DNA from: a virus
Lineage: Duplodnaviria; Caudoviricetes
Direction: 5' to 3' (one strand)
DNA length: 43,957 nt
Virus record (IMG/VR): IMGVR_UViG_3300015370_001135
Span: 1 to 43,957 of that record
Shown here: in pieces, positions 7,713 to 17,385 of the stretch
How the letters are laid out: every line of letters starts with the position of its first letter
How positions within the stretch are numbered: position 1 is the first letter of the stretch
Position numbers and translations under genes: made by a program
The notes under the pieces: generated by a model
Databases searched by the model: none
What the model was told of the DNA's origin: nothing
What the model saw: only the letters and a program-made list of their open reading frames with translations

Positions 7713-8429
7713 TCAGACTCCGAAGAGCTCGTTCATGGTCGGCACCTTGTGAATCGAGATGACGTACTCTTCCGGGATTTCCAGCGTGGCCTGCGGGTTG
7801 AGCTGATCAAGCACGACCATGCCGCCGCGCCGTCTCCGGTAGATCTTGATATATGCCTGCCCTGGATCGTCATTCCAACTACGCGTGACCACCACAACGG
7901 TGTCGCCTGGCTGCGGCGGGCGCCCCGGATGCACGAAGCGAAGGTCGCCTTGGCAGTGCATCGGATACATGCTGTCGCCGGTCACGTAGATGGCATAGGC
8001 ATTGGTGACGCCGACAAGCGCTGGCGGTCGGCGTACGTTTTCCACGCGTCCCTCGATCTCGATTCCTTCGAATTCCAGGTGAACCTTCGACCCGGCCGCT
8101 GTGCCCAGCACTTCGATGTCTTTGGGCATGTCGTCTGAAACTGGCAGAACAACATCTGCGCGGCGGAAGTCCTTGTTCCTGGCGTTGGCAACATCTGCCG
8201 GCAGGTCGCTGCCTTCCGGTGGATCAATGCCATCCAGCAACCAATCGGACGAGACGTCGAGGACGTCCGCCAGCCTAGCCAGTGCGCGGGCGCTCGGAAC
8301 GGAATCGGGTCTCTCGAACAATTTGCGCAGATAAGTGCGGTTCAGACCGGCGGCCGTGCTGGCATGCGTCGGCGTGATGTTCAGTTCGGCGAGCCGTTTT
8401 TTCAGGCGATCGTGAAGTGTTTCGACCAT
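7713..8429 (-). CDS. cI: CI-like repressor (XRE HTH plus S24 autopeptidase)
   Basis: N-terminal HTH, AAG cleavage site, VTGDSMYP catalytic Ser, YIK catalytic Lys; start set at MVETLHDRL. Confidence 0.9.
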   Translation of the reverse strand: MVETLHDRLKKRLAELNITPTHASTAAGLNRTYLRKLFERPDSVPSARALARLADVLDVSSDWLLDGIDPPEGSDLPADVANARNKDFRRADVVLPVSDDMPKDIEVLGTAAGSKVHLEFEGIEIEGRVENVRRPPALVGVTNAYAIYVTGDSMYPMHCQGDLRFVHPGRPPQPGDTVVVVTRSWNDDPGQAYIKIYRRRRGGMVVLDQLNPQATLEIPEEYVISIHKVPTMNELFGV

Positions 8430-8431
8430 GC

Positions 8432-8510
8432 GGGGATTATCGGCCCCGGTGTTTCCGTTGAAAATGGGGACAATAAACCCTTGACTAAGAGGCTTATTGA
8501 CCCCTATTTC
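8432..8510. promoter_or_regulatory. OR-like region: three operators and PR promoter
   Basis: GGGGATTATCGGCCCC (8432-8447), GGGGACAATAAACCCT (8466-8481), GAGGCTTATTGACCCC (8489-8504); TTGACT at 8481 with TATTTC at 8505. Confidence 0.75.
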
Positions 8511-8541
8511 TGATGGCGACTCATCCGAAGCCGAGGCGTCA

Positions 8542-8838
8542 ATGTCCGAAACCAAATCCGTTCTCATTGCCGATGTCCTGCTGGTTGCGGAGACTTATTG
8601 CTCCGGGACGGGGGAGTCGCTGGCGTTCGTCGCCAAGCAGGTTTTTAGCCGGGGCGGCGCAATGCGCGCGCTGCTGGCGGGAGAGCGTGACCTTGGCACC
8701 GTGGCCTTGGTTCGCGCTGCTTGCTGGTTCGTCGAGCATTGGCCGGAGGGCGTGTCTTGGCCGCGCGAGGCGGAATGGCTGCGCAATCTCGCAATCAGAA
8801 GCATCAAGCGCGAAGCGCCCATGGCAGCCGCGCAATGA
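8542..8838 (+). CDS. Cro-like regulator
   Basis: Divergent from cI; short helical protein ending in WFVEHWPEGVSWP; GAGG precedes ATG 8542. Confidence 0.7.
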   Translation: MSETKSVLIADVLLVAETYCSGTGESLAFVAKQVFSRGGAMRALLAGERDLGTVALVRAACWFVEHWPEGVSWPREAEWLRNLAIRSIKREAPMAAAQ

Positions 8839-9223
8839 CCGCTTCATCCCTTTTCGCCATTCCCTGTTGTTTTCCCGGGCGGGCCGTCCGGCCGGTGTGT
8901 CGTCTCTCCCTTGGTGACCGCCGGTCGGCTTCCGACCGCGTCACGTCTCTTGCGCGCCAGCCGATAGGCGGCGATGGCGCGGTCGAGGGCAGGGCTGGAG
9001 AGCGTTTTGTGTGCCATGGGCGCGATGATGCCGCGTCAGCTGTTGGTCGTCTCGGTGTCGCCAACGCGCTCGCGACACCGGGCGCGGTCCTTACCGCAAA
9101 CCTTTTCCTGCAGGCGGTTGTCGAAAACGGTCGACAGGATTCGCTGCTCGTCCTCAAGGGGCGTGCGACCGGCAGGACCGTTCAGCCTTTTTCTCAATTT
9201 GCATACGGTGCGGGGGTGTCTTC

Positions 9224-9727
9224 ATGAGCGCCCGCCTGCACTCGGGTCGCGTCTACAATGCGCTCAAGGCCCGTTTCCGCCTGCTCGTCGACACCTGCGG
9301 CGGGCCGAACAGCGCCGAGCGCATTTCCCGCATTTCCCAACAGCAGATTTCTCGCTGCGGCTCAGTCGACGAGGAACACGCCAACAGGTTCGCGCCGATC
9401 GACGAGATCGCCGACCTGGAGGCCCATTGCGGCAAGCCGGTCGTGACCGAGTATCTGGCGGAATTGAGCGGCTATGTGCTGGTGCGCGTGCCCGATGCGG
9501 CGGCGACCGACGCGGTTGGCCTTGTCTCGCGCGTCTCCGAAATGCTGCGCGAGGTGAGCGATGTCTCCGGCGGCGTCGCCGACGCGCTGCGCGACAATCG
9601 CGTGACCCGCCGAGAGGCCAAGGGCGTGCACAAGGAAGTGCGCGAGGCCATCCAGAAGCTCGTCGAGATTGATCGCGAGGTCGACCTGGTCGCCCGGTCG
9701 AAACCGGAGGGCGACGAGGATGACTGA
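9224..9727 (+). CDS. CII-like phage regulatory protein
   Basis: LVDTCGG HTH, PIDEIADLE..CGKPVVTEYLA, DALRDNRVTRRE motifs; position after cro. Confidence 0.7.
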   Translation: MSARLHSGRVYNALKARFRLLVDTCGGPNSAERISRISQQQISRCGSVDEEHANRFAPIDEIADLEAHCGKPVVTEYLAELSGYVLVRVPDAAATDAVGLVSRVSEMLREVSDVSGGVADALRDNRVTRREAKGVHKEVREAIQKLVEIDREVDLVARSKPEGDEDD

Positions 9728-9757
9728 GGCACTGTCTGCCATGAGGGGAGGCGACTG

Positions 9758-9997
9758 ATGCCGCGCGAGCTGCCCGATGTTTCTCTCGAACGGCCCATGC
9801 GCGCCAAGGCGTACTGGCGGCCGAGTGGCGACCACTTGTGCCAGGTGGCGATCGGTTACAGCGAAATCTCGCTCCGGGTCGGCGAAGTCGACCGGATGAT
9901 CGCGGCGCTTCAGGCTTTCAAGACCGAGCAGACATTCGAGGACGGCCGCCCGTCCGAGCGCACGCATGACGCTTTCAAGGCATTGGGGGAGTTCTGA
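9758..9997 (+). CDS. Hypothetical protein
   Basis: 79 aa, GGAGG ribosome-binding site, packed in the operon. Confidence 0.6.
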   Translation: MPRELPDVSLERPMRAKAYWRPSGDHLCQVAIGYSEISLRVGEVDRMIAALQAFKTEQTFEDGRPSERTHDAFKALGEF

Positions 9998-9999
9998 CC

Positions 10000-12147
10000 A
10001 TGGCCCTGGGCTATCACAAATACGCCAATGCCTTCCCGATGATCTCCGGCGCCGACCGCGTCGCCTTCGTCGAGAGCATTCGCGCCAATGGCATCAAGGA
10101 AGAGATCGTCGTTTGTTGCGACGACAATCCGGACGGGGAGATCCTCGACGGGCGCAATCGCTTCGAGGCGGGCATCGAGACCGGCAAGTTTGCTGACGAC
10201 GTAGACTGGCGCGCCGATGCGAACTTCGTTGATTTCCGTGAGATCGAGCCGGATATGGACCCGCTCGACTGGGTCAAACTCAAGAACCTCGACGGTCGCC
10301 GCCATCTGTCCCAGAGCATGCGCGCGATGATCGCCGCCAAGATCGAGGGATTCAGGCACGGCGGCCTGCGTCCGGAGCAAGATGCAAATTTGCATCTTGA
10401 CGAAGTGGATGCCGAACCAAATGGCTCCGACCTCGCCACACGCGGCCGCAGGTCCGTCGCCGAGGACCTGCACGTCTCGCCGCGCTCGGTCGCGAGCGCG
10501 GCCAAAGTATTGAAGGACGGCGCGCCGGAACTGGAAAAGGCGGTAAGCGAGGGTGCCGTCAAGGTGTCCGTCGCGGCAGAAATCGCTGCGCTGCCCAAGG
10601 ATGAACAGGTCGCCATCATCAAATCCGCCGACCCTTCGGCGCTCAGCGTCGTCGTCAAAGAAATCCGCGACAAGCGCACCGCCGACAAAAAGGCCAGGCG
10701 GACAGAAAAAGAGCAGCAGCTCGGGCGCAAGCTGCTGGCCATCGGCGATCGCAAGGCTACCGTGCTCTACGTCGATATCGACTGGCGCTTTCTGACGCGC
10801 AGCGCCAATGGCCTCGACCGATCGGCAGACAACCACTATCCGACCTCGGCGCTCGTCGACATCATGAAGCGCCCGGTCAGCGATATGGCGGCCAGGGACG
10901 CGGTTATTTTCTTCTGGGCGACTGTGCCGATGCTGATCGAGGCGATCTGTGTCCTCGACGCCTACGGGTTCGTCCTGATCAACCGCGACCCGGAAACCGG
11001 CTTCCTGCTGCCGGACAAGTCCAATTGCCACTATGTCAGTCAGCAAGCCTGGGTGAAGACCGATAGCGATGGCGAGCCGGCGAACGGCACGGGGTACTGG
11101 TTCCGCAACGGCCACGAGATCCTGCTCGTGGCACGGCGCGGTAACATCATCGCGCCGGCCATGGGCACACAGCCGAACTCGGTGCAGCAGTCGTTGCGCG
11201 GTGAGCATTCCGCCAAGCCGGAAGATGTCCTCGAACTCATCGAGCACTGGTACCCGACGGTGCCCAAGCTCGAACTGCATCGGCGCGGCAAACCGCGCCC
11301 CGGCTGGTGGGCGTGGGGCAATGAGGTCGAAGCCGATCCCGAGAACGGCGTTACGGTCGACGAAAACGGCTTCGCCGATGCCAGCCATCTTCCGTTGCTC
11401 AAGCAATCCGGATCCTCACAGAAAACAGAGACAAGCTCGGCGCCGTCAGGCGGGGACAAAGCGTCACCCGTCACCTCTCTTGATGGCGCGGATTCCGGCC
11501 TTGGCGGGTCGGATACGGGCGCGGCGGCGGGGGATGCCTCCGGCCCTGTCGCCGTGCCTGCCATTCACCTCGGCTGGCAACAGGAAAGCGAGGGGCTCGA
11601 AAACCGTTTCCGCACACTCGGTGCCGATCTGCCCAAGACCACGGCGGGGCTGATCGAGGCCTATGCCGACGCCATGGGTGCCTATGACACGGCCATGCGC
11701 ACAGGTACGGAAGATGCCGCTCGGCTGGCCGGAGAGCGCATGGGCGCGGTGCTGTTCAAGGCCAATGGCGACCGCATGTATGCGCTCGAAGTTGCCAAGG
11801 CGCCGATGGCCATCCGCAAGGCGACCTCGGCCAAGCCCGGCCAAACGCCGATCTGGGGCCAGAACGGCTGCTTCACGTTCAAGGGCAAGCGCATGGCCGC
11901 CATCGTCGAATGCGCCTGGCCGACGCTCAACTTCTTTGCCGCGACGGACGCGCCGTTCTTTTCCGAGACGGGGTTTCGCGCCGTGCACACCGGCGTCGAC
12001 GGCCTCGGAATGAGTGTCACGGATTTCATCTCGGCATCGATCGAGGCTGTGCTCGCTGCGCCCGGAGAAGCCCTCGTGACCCCGGCACACATCTACCGCA
12101 TCGGACGCACCGGCCCGGTACCGGTTCACAACGGAGACAAGTCATGA
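10000..12147 (+). CDS. ParB-N/HTH, MT-A70-family adenine methyltransferase and KlcB-like fusion
   Basis: ILDGRNRF ParB motif, HTH VAEDLHVSPRSV, MT-A70 motifs NHYPT, FFWAT, GTGYWFRNGHE, HSAKPE, KLEL, WWAWGNE; C-terminal PIWGQ...SETGFR. Confidence 0.8.
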   Translation: MALGYHKYANAFPMISGADRVAFVESIRANGIKEEIVVCCDDNPDGEILDGRNRFEAGIETGKFADDVDWRADANFVDFREIEPDMDPLDWVKLKNLDGRRHLSQSMRAMIAAKIEGFRHGGLRPEQDANLHLDEVDAEPNGSDLATRGRRSVAEDLHVSPRSVASAAKVLKDGAPELEKAVSEGAVKVSVAAEIAALPKDEQVAIIKSADPSALSVVVKEIRDKRTADKKARRTEKEQQLGRKLLAIGDRKATVLYVDIDWRFLTRSANGLDRSADNHYPTSALVDIMKRPVSDMAARDAVIFFWATVPMLIEAICVLDAYGFVLINRDPETGFLLPDKSNCHYVSQQAWVKTDSDGEPANGTGYWFRNGHEILLVARRGNIIAPAMGTQPNSVQQSLRGEHSAKPEDVLELIEHWYPTVPKLELHRRGKPRPGWWAWGNEVEADPENGVTVDENGFADASHLPLLKQSGSSQKTETSSAPSGGDKASPVTSLDGADSGLGGSDTGAAAGDASGPVAVPAIHLGWQQESEGLENRFRTLGADLPKTTAGLIEAYADAMGAYDTAMRTGTEDAARLAGERMGAVLFKANGDRMYALEVAKAPMAIRKATSAKPGQTPIWGQNGCFTFKGKRMAAIVECAWPTLNFFAATDAPFFSETGFRAVHTGVDGLGMSVTDFISASIEAVLAAPGEALVTPAHIYRIGRTGPVPVHNGDKS
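10378..10399. repeat. 22-bp perfect palindrome CAAGATGCAAATTTGCATCTTG, copy 1 (inside the ParB gene)
   Basis: Self-complementary and identical to 17428-17449. Confidence 0.95.
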
Positions 12148-12629
12148 CGTCAGCCGCTTCCGCCTTCCGCGACCGCACGACCGAGGCCGTTTGTTTTTTG
12201 CTCATGGATGCCGAGCGCGGCAATGACGTCTCGCGTCTCGCCGATGCACTCAACGTCTCACCGGCGCGCATGCACGAACTTATGGATCGCGGCCGCGCCG
12301 GCGAACTGCCGCGCGTGCCGCCGGTCGGTGGGTCTGTGTCCGGCGCGGCGCCGGTGCCGCGCTATGCCTTTGCTGTCGGCTCCAAGACGGCGTCAATCGC
12401 GGATGCCTTTGCTCGCCTCGGCGAGATGTCACGCCTTCAACTGGCCGAACAGGCCAAGCGGATGGGCGCGACATTATCGGAAGCTCGCAGCCGGTTGCGC
12501 ACAGGCTTTGTCCGCGCCGACGTCCCGGTCGAACTGATGCCCGACGGCGGTTTGCGCGTGCCGCAGAGTTCACGGGCACGGCTGCGGGCGCTGTCGGATG
12601 CCGCATGGAACATCATGGGTGAGGTATGA
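12144..12629 (+). CDS. Hypothetical HTH-containing protein
   Basis: ATGA overlap, GGAG ribosome-binding site, VSRLADALNVSPARM HTH. Confidence 0.6.
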   Translation: MTSAASAFRDRTTEAVCFLLMDAERGNDVSRLADALNVSPARMHELMDRGRAGELPRVPPVGGSVSGAAPVPRYAFAVGSKTASIADAFARLGEMSRLQLAEQAKRMGATLSEARSRLRTGFVRADVPVELMPDGGLRVPQSSRARLRALSDAAWNIMGEV

Positions 12630-12856
12630 GCGCGCCCGATTTCATCGGCGTCGTGAGCCGGCGCGGCACGTTCTCAGGGGCCGATCATCTGGCCAAGCCC
12701 GTGACGGGTGATGTCGCCTTTGGGCGCACCTGGTCCCTCAAGCGCCGCCCGACGACGTCCATCCGCGTGACCCTCGAAGATGGTCGCGAAGCGCATGGGC
12801 ATCTGCTCGAAGATGGGCGCGCGGTGCTCAAACTCAGAGCGGGACAGAGACGATGA
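12626..12856 (+). CDS. Hypothetical protein
   Basis: ATGA overlap, GAGG ribosome-binding site. Confidence 0.55.
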   Translation: MSAPDFIGVVSRRGTFSGADHLAKPVTGDVAFGRTWSLKRRPTTSIRVTLEDGREAHGHLLEDGRAVLKLRAGQRR

Positions 12857-12910
12857 GCGCTAGATCGCGCATCTCGGTCTATTCGAGCGCCGTGTCTGGA
12901 GGCGGGTGAT

Positions 12911-13258
12911 ATGACCAACACTCCCAAGGACAACCTGCGCCCGCCCAAGCCGACACTCGGCTATCCGAGCCGGACAAAGGCTGTCGAGGCGCTTTGGGAT
13001 CAGGGGCTCGATTACCGCCAGATTGCGGCGCGAACCGGCATTTCCGATGGCGCGGCCGCCGCCCTGCTCACCGCTGTCCGCAAGCGGCGCGGCAAGTTCG
13101 TCTATTTCTTTGAAAAGGGCGATCGCAATCCGTTCCGTGCCGCCGCACTTCGGCGTGGAGTTACCCAGGAGCAGGTTGTTCGGAATCTCCTCGACACAAT
13201 CGCCGCCGAGCCGGGCCTGATCGACAACATCCTCGACGATGACGGGGGTGAGCCATGA
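12911..13258 (+). CDS. HTH-domain phage protein
   Basis: GLDYRQIAARTGIS HTH; ends IDNILDD. Confidence 0.7.
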   Translation: MTNTPKDNLRPPKPTLGYPSRTKAVEALWDQGLDYRQIAARTGISDGAAAALLTAVRKRRGKFVYFFEKGDRNPFRAAALRRGVTQEQVVRNLLDTIAAEPGLIDNILDDDGGEP

Positions 13259-14427
13259 GCCTGCCGCCGAACCTGGCCGCCTTGCGCGATATCGCCATGC
13301 AGACCAGCTGCGAGAACTGGGCCATGCGGCAGCGCTGGAAGCTTTCGCGCGGTCTCGATCGCTCCGGGCCGTGTCCTTTGTGCGGCGGCGACGACCGGTT
13401 CTCGATCCATACCAAAAAGAACCAGTTTCACTGCCGCAAATGCGATCTGAGCGGTTCGGGTGTCATCGAACTGGTCATGCAGACCAAGGGGCTGAAATTC
13501 GTCGATGCCTGCGAACTGATCACCGGTCGCGTGCTCGAGGACGAGGTCGACCCAGAGGTCGCCCGCAAGGCGCGCGAAAAGGCCGAGGCCGACGATGAAA
13601 GTCGTCGCCTCCAGGCGGAACGCTATCGCGAAAAGGCCCGGCGTAGCGGATACGAGATCTGGACGCGCTCGCGCCGGTTTCAGGACTTCGGCGAACACTC
13701 GGCGGTGGCGGCCTATTTGCGCCTGCGCGGCCTCGACCCCGAACGCTTCATGTCGCTCGGCATCAACATCGTGCACGAACTGGAGGCGCACGACTATCGT
13801 CACGAAGTGGCGAGGGGCGATTGGCAGACGCTGGCAAGCGGGCCGGCCATGGCCTTGGCGATTCAGCGCCCCGACGGTTCGTTCGGTGCGGCGCATCAAA
13901 CGTGGATCGACCTGACCCAGCCCAAGGGTCGCCTCGTGCTGACCGCGCCCGATGGCAAGCAGCTGTCATCGAAAAAGATGCTCGGCTCGAAAAAGGGCGG
14001 GGCGATCAGGATCTACACGCCCGACACTCCGCGCCGGCTTGTGGTTGGTGAAGGCTTCGAGACCACGGCAACGCCACTGCTTTACGATTTCAGGCCGGGC
14101 ACCGCCTATTGGGCGGCCGGCGACGTCGGCAACATGGCCGGCCGCGCCCTGCGCGATGGCGCCGGCATGCAGGTGCTCGATCAGCCCGACATGGACGACC
14201 TGGACGCTTTCGTGCCGCCAGAATGGTGCGAGGAACTGGTTTTCCTCGGCGAAGGTGACGATGGCGACATCAACACGAAAAAACTGACCCGCGGTCTCAG
14301 GCGCGCCAAGCGGCTTAGGCCCGGCTTGACGGCCACGCTGATCCCGGCGCCGGGACCGGGGCAGGACATGAACGATCTGGTGAGGGGCGGTTGCATGTCG
14401 TCCGGAGACGAGGTGGGCCTTGGTTGA
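13255..14427 (+). CDS. Primase-like protein (P4 alpha-type zinc-binding domain plus Toprim-like domain)
   Basis: GPCPLCGGDDRF...CRKC zinc finger; YLRLRGL; VVGEGFET; DMND. Confidence 0.85.
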   Translation: MSLPPNLAALRDIAMQTSCENWAMRQRWKLSRGLDRSGPCPLCGGDDRFSIHTKKNQFHCRKCDLSGSGVIELVMQTKGLKFVDACELITGRVLEDEVDPEVARKAREKAEADDESRRLQAERYREKARRSGYEIWTRSRRFQDFGEHSAVAAYLRLRGLDPERFMSLGINIVHELEAHDYRHEVARGDWQTLASGPAMALAIQRPDGSFGAAHQTWIDLTQPKGRLVLTAPDGKQLSSKKMLGSKKGGAIRIYTPDTPRRLVVGEGFETTATPLLYDFRPGTAYWAAGDVGNMAGRALRDGAGMQVLDQPDMDDLDAFVPPEWCEELVFLGEGDDGDINTKKLTRGLRRAKRLRPGLTATLIPAPGPGQDMNDLVRGGCMSSGDEVGLG

Positions 14428-16168
14428 CGACTACCAAAATCCTGTTCGCGAAGCCATGGACGCGGGCCAGCCTGTAGAGGATGAAGGCTGGAGCTATGAC
14501 GTGCCGCCGGAGTTCATTGGGACTGGCGATGCTGCTCCGGCCGATGACTGGGATGAGGGCGGCAATCCCGGCGAAATCAATACCGATTGGGATCTGGTGC
14601 GACGATGCGCTGAGCTTGATCAGAATGACCGCGACAACGGCCGACGCCTCCTGCATTGGCGTGGGCGGGATTTGTGCTACGTCTCCGGCATGGGCTGGCT
14701 CGTATGGAAGGGCACCCATTGGGAGCGCGACGAATCCGATCTTGGCGCGCGGCTGCTGGCCCAGAACATCGTCGACAAGATCAAGCTCGAACCGTTTTAC
14801 ATTCGGCTGGACAGCGCGCAGCAGGCAAAGGTCGACAAGGCCAAGCCCTATCGGGACAAACCGCCAGAGGAGCGAAGCGCCTCCGAAAAGGAGGCGATCG
14901 ACCGTGCCGATGCGCTCCTGAAGGCGCTCTATAACAAGCGCACAAAGCGCAAGAATTTTGCCGTGTCGAGCGGCAACGCCGGCAAGACAAAGGCCATGCT
15001 CGACCAGGCTGCCAGCCTCGCTGCGATCGACCAGGATCTGCTCGACGCCGATCAGACGCTGTTCAACGTCGAAAACGGCACGCTGTGCTTTTCCCGCCGC
15101 GAGGACGAGGAATCCGATCCCGAAGATCCGCGCTATATCGCCGATATCACCTTCCGCCCGCATGACCGCGAAGACCGGATCACCAAGGTCGCGGCCGTCG
15201 ATTACGATCCCAAGGCCACGTGCCAGAAGTTCGAGGCGTTCCTTGAGCGCGTGCAGCCAGATCCGAAAATGCGCCTGTTCCTGCAGGTCTTCATGGCCTA
15301 TTCGATCCTGATCGGCGGGAACGATGAGCAGAAGCTGATTTTCCACTATGGCGGCGGCGCCAATGGCAAATCGGTGTTTATTGAAGCCTTCGGCCGCTTT
15401 GCCGGCACCTATCGCACCGTCGTCTCGCCCGACACGATCACCGGTGACGGGCAGCGCCAGGGGCAGCAGGCATCGCCTGACATCGCCCGGCTGTTCAACA
15501 CGCGCTATGTGACCGTCGAGGAACTGCCCAAGCATGCGCCCTTGCGTGAGGAACTGATCAAGGCGGTTTCGGGCGGCACCAAGATGACTGCCCGCTTCCT
15601 GATGCAGAACATCTTCGAGTTCGAACCGATCTTTACGGCGACGCTGTCGGGCAATTCGAAACCGTCGATCCAAGGCTCGGACAATGGCATCTGGCGGCGC
15701 GTGCTGCTCGTGCCGTGGAACGTGACGATCCCTGAAGAAGAACGTGATCGCGGCCTGTTGCACAAGCTCGATGCCGAGCGTTCCGGCATCCTCAACTGGC
15801 TGATCGAGGGTATCAAGCTCTATCTCGAACAGGGTCTGGCGCCGTTCATCCCGGACGAGGTCACCGCCTTTACCGAGGATTACCGCTCAGAGCGCGACAA
15901 TGTCGGCGTGTTCGCCGAATCGTGCATCAATAAGGCCGAGGGGGGCGAGGTGACCGGCGGTGCGCTTTACAAGGCTTATACGGACTGGTGCGAGGTCAAC
16001 GGGCTGCGCGCGGCGACGCAACGCAGCTTTGGCGATCGCCTGAGCGAACTCGGCTACCAGAAGCGCAAGGGCCGCATCTACACCTATCTCGGCATCAAGC
16101 TCGGCGACGTTCCGTCCAGATTTGATCCACAGCCCTCGGCCATTCCCCCCGAACACTTGCCATTGTAG
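14420..16168 (+). CDS. P4-family primase/helicase (D5_N plus SF3 helicase)
   Basis: FNVENGTL, PHDREDRITK, Walker A GGGANGKS, IKAVSGG, GIWRR. Confidence 0.92.
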   Translation: MVDDYQNPVREAMDAGQPVEDEGWSYDVPPEFIGTGDAAPADDWDEGGNPGEINTDWDLVRRCAELDQNDRDNGRRLLHWRGRDLCYVSGMGWLVWKGTHWERDESDLGARLLAQNIVDKIKLEPFYIRLDSAQQAKVDKAKPYRDKPPEERSASEKEAIDRADALLKALYNKRTKRKNFAVSSGNAGKTKAMLDQAASLAAIDQDLLDADQTLFNVENGTLCFSRREDEESDPEDPRYIADITFRPHDREDRITKVAAVDYDPKATCQKFEAFLERVQPDPKMRLFLQVFMAYSILIGGNDEQKLIFHYGGGANGKSVFIEAFGRFAGTYRTVVSPDTITGDGQRQGQQASPDIARLFNTRYVTVEELPKHAPLREELIKAVSGGTKMTARFLMQNIFEFEPIFTATLSGNSKPSIQGSDNGIWRRVLLVPWNVTIPEEERDRGLLHKLDAERSGILNWLIEGIKLYLEQGLAPFIPDEVTAFTEDYRSERDNVGVFAESCINKAEGGEVTGGALYKAYTDWCEVNGLRAATQRSFGDRLSELGYQKRKGRIYTYLGIKLGDVPSRFDPQPSAIPPEHLPL

Positions 16169-16252
16169 ATCATATGAGCACCAACTAAGCGCCTGTCCCG
16201 CAACCGCTTTTACCGCCCCGCGCCCCGCACCCCCCAGATTGAGAAAGCAGAA

Positions 16253-16561
16253 GTCGCAACCCTCGCCCGCCTTACGGCGGCGACACGAGGGTTGCGAGAG
16301 TTTGCGAGGGTGTGAGTGCGACTATCGCGGCGCTAAAACAAGCTATATTTCAGCATGTTACAAAGATTTTGCGAGGGTTGCGACCTTCAAAGCCGCCTAT
16401 ACTACATGAGGGGGTGTGGGGGTGATCTCTGCCATGGGTGAATCGAATTTGCTCATATGACACCCGGCGAACCTCGCAACTATCGCAACCCTCACATCCC
16501 TCTGAACTCTCGCTGTTATTTATCTTCGAGGGTTGATTTTAAACCTCGCTAAACCTCGCAA
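16253..16561. repeat. Cluster of (T)GCGAGG(GTT) repeats in both orientations; probable replication origin
   Basis: For example CGAGGGTTGCGAGAGTTTGCGAGGG, TTTGCGAGGGTTGCGA, AACCTCGCAAC, AAACCTCGCTAAACCTCGCAA in the non-coding gap after the helicase. Confidence 0.65.
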
Positions 16562-16579
16562 GAGGAAAGGGCGGCAGAT

Positions 16580-17269
16580 ATGGTCACTCAAAGCATGGAT
16601 ATCGAGCGGCTGGTGACGTGGGCCTTGCGCGAACAGGGCCTCGGCTGGGCGTCGGCGGACGGCCGGTCGCTTGACGTCGAGACGCTCGGCACCCGCGTCG
16701 ACAAGTCGGTGAGCTACGGTCTGCCGCCGCCAGGCATCGGCCTTAATGACAATGACGATGCGCTCGCGGTACGCGCCGCCATCGATCGCCTGCCGTCCGA
16801 GGCGCAATTCGTGGTGATCATCCATGGCCGGATCGGCTCGCGGCCGTCCTGGGGCGAAGAAGGCTATGGCGAGCCGGAGCAAATGCTGAGCGGCAACGGC
16901 CAGCCGCGCTGGATCTACAAGGATCCGGAAAACAGGCGCGGCAAGATCGGCCCGATGCTCGATTGGCGGGCCTATGACGCTCATGTCCGGCAAATCGACT
17001 ATGAAAGGGCGGCGTGGACCATGTGGCGCGAGGCCCTGATCACGCTCAAAAGGGAACTTGCCGACACTCTGTCCGCCTATATCGTGACCGGGCCACTCTT
17101 GCCGGCGCGTCCATGGGCCGGCCTCGAGGACAAAGGCCCGGTGCAAATCCCCTATGCCGAAACGCTCGATGCGCGGCGGGATCACACAAAATGGGAGAAC
17201 GCCCGGCCATCGGACACGCGCGGCAGCGGTGGCGCCTATAGCCATTTGCGGCCGGATGCGAACGATTGA
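16580..17269 (+). CDS. Hypothetical protein in the Q position, candidate late-gene regulator
   Basis: 229 aa (MDIERLVTWALREQ); last early gene, followed by a promoter-like sequence and a terminator. Confidence 0.6.
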   Translation: MVTQSMDIERLVTWALREQGLGWASADGRSLDVETLGTRVDKSVSYGLPPPGIGLNDNDDALAVRAAIDRLPSEAQFVVIIHGRIGSRPSWGEEGYGEPEQMLSGNGQPRWIYKDPENRRGKIGPMLDWRAYDAHVRQIDYERAAWTMWREALITLKRELADTLSAYIVTGPLLPARPWAGLEDKGPVQIPYAETLDARRDHTKWENARPSDTRGSGGAYSHLRPDAND

Positions 17270-17385
17270 GTAGGGCGGCCTATTGATGCCGATTTGACCT
17301 GCGCGCAATCCTTGACAAGGTTACGGACAACAAATCAGGACGAAAACGCCTGAATCGAGATTCACCCCGAAGCTGCTGATCGATG

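Noticed and set aside
8721-9227. 168-aa ORF bridging cro and cII
   Set aside because: Overlaps cro, has no clear ribosome-binding site and no recognisable features; not supported as a gene.
9910-11406. Long antisense ORFs (also 14315-15763, 20984-22069, 35762-37876 and 39483-40439)
   Set aside because: Shadow frames of high-GC genes with clear motifs on the opposite strand; no recognisable domains.
10000-12147. ParABS plasmid-prophage partition system or a restriction-modification system
   Set aside because: No ParA ATPase and no restriction endonuclease nearby; the phage has an integrase and att sites.
16253-16561. CRISPR array
   Set aside because: Repeats are short, degenerate, in both orientations and irregularly spaced; no cas genes.
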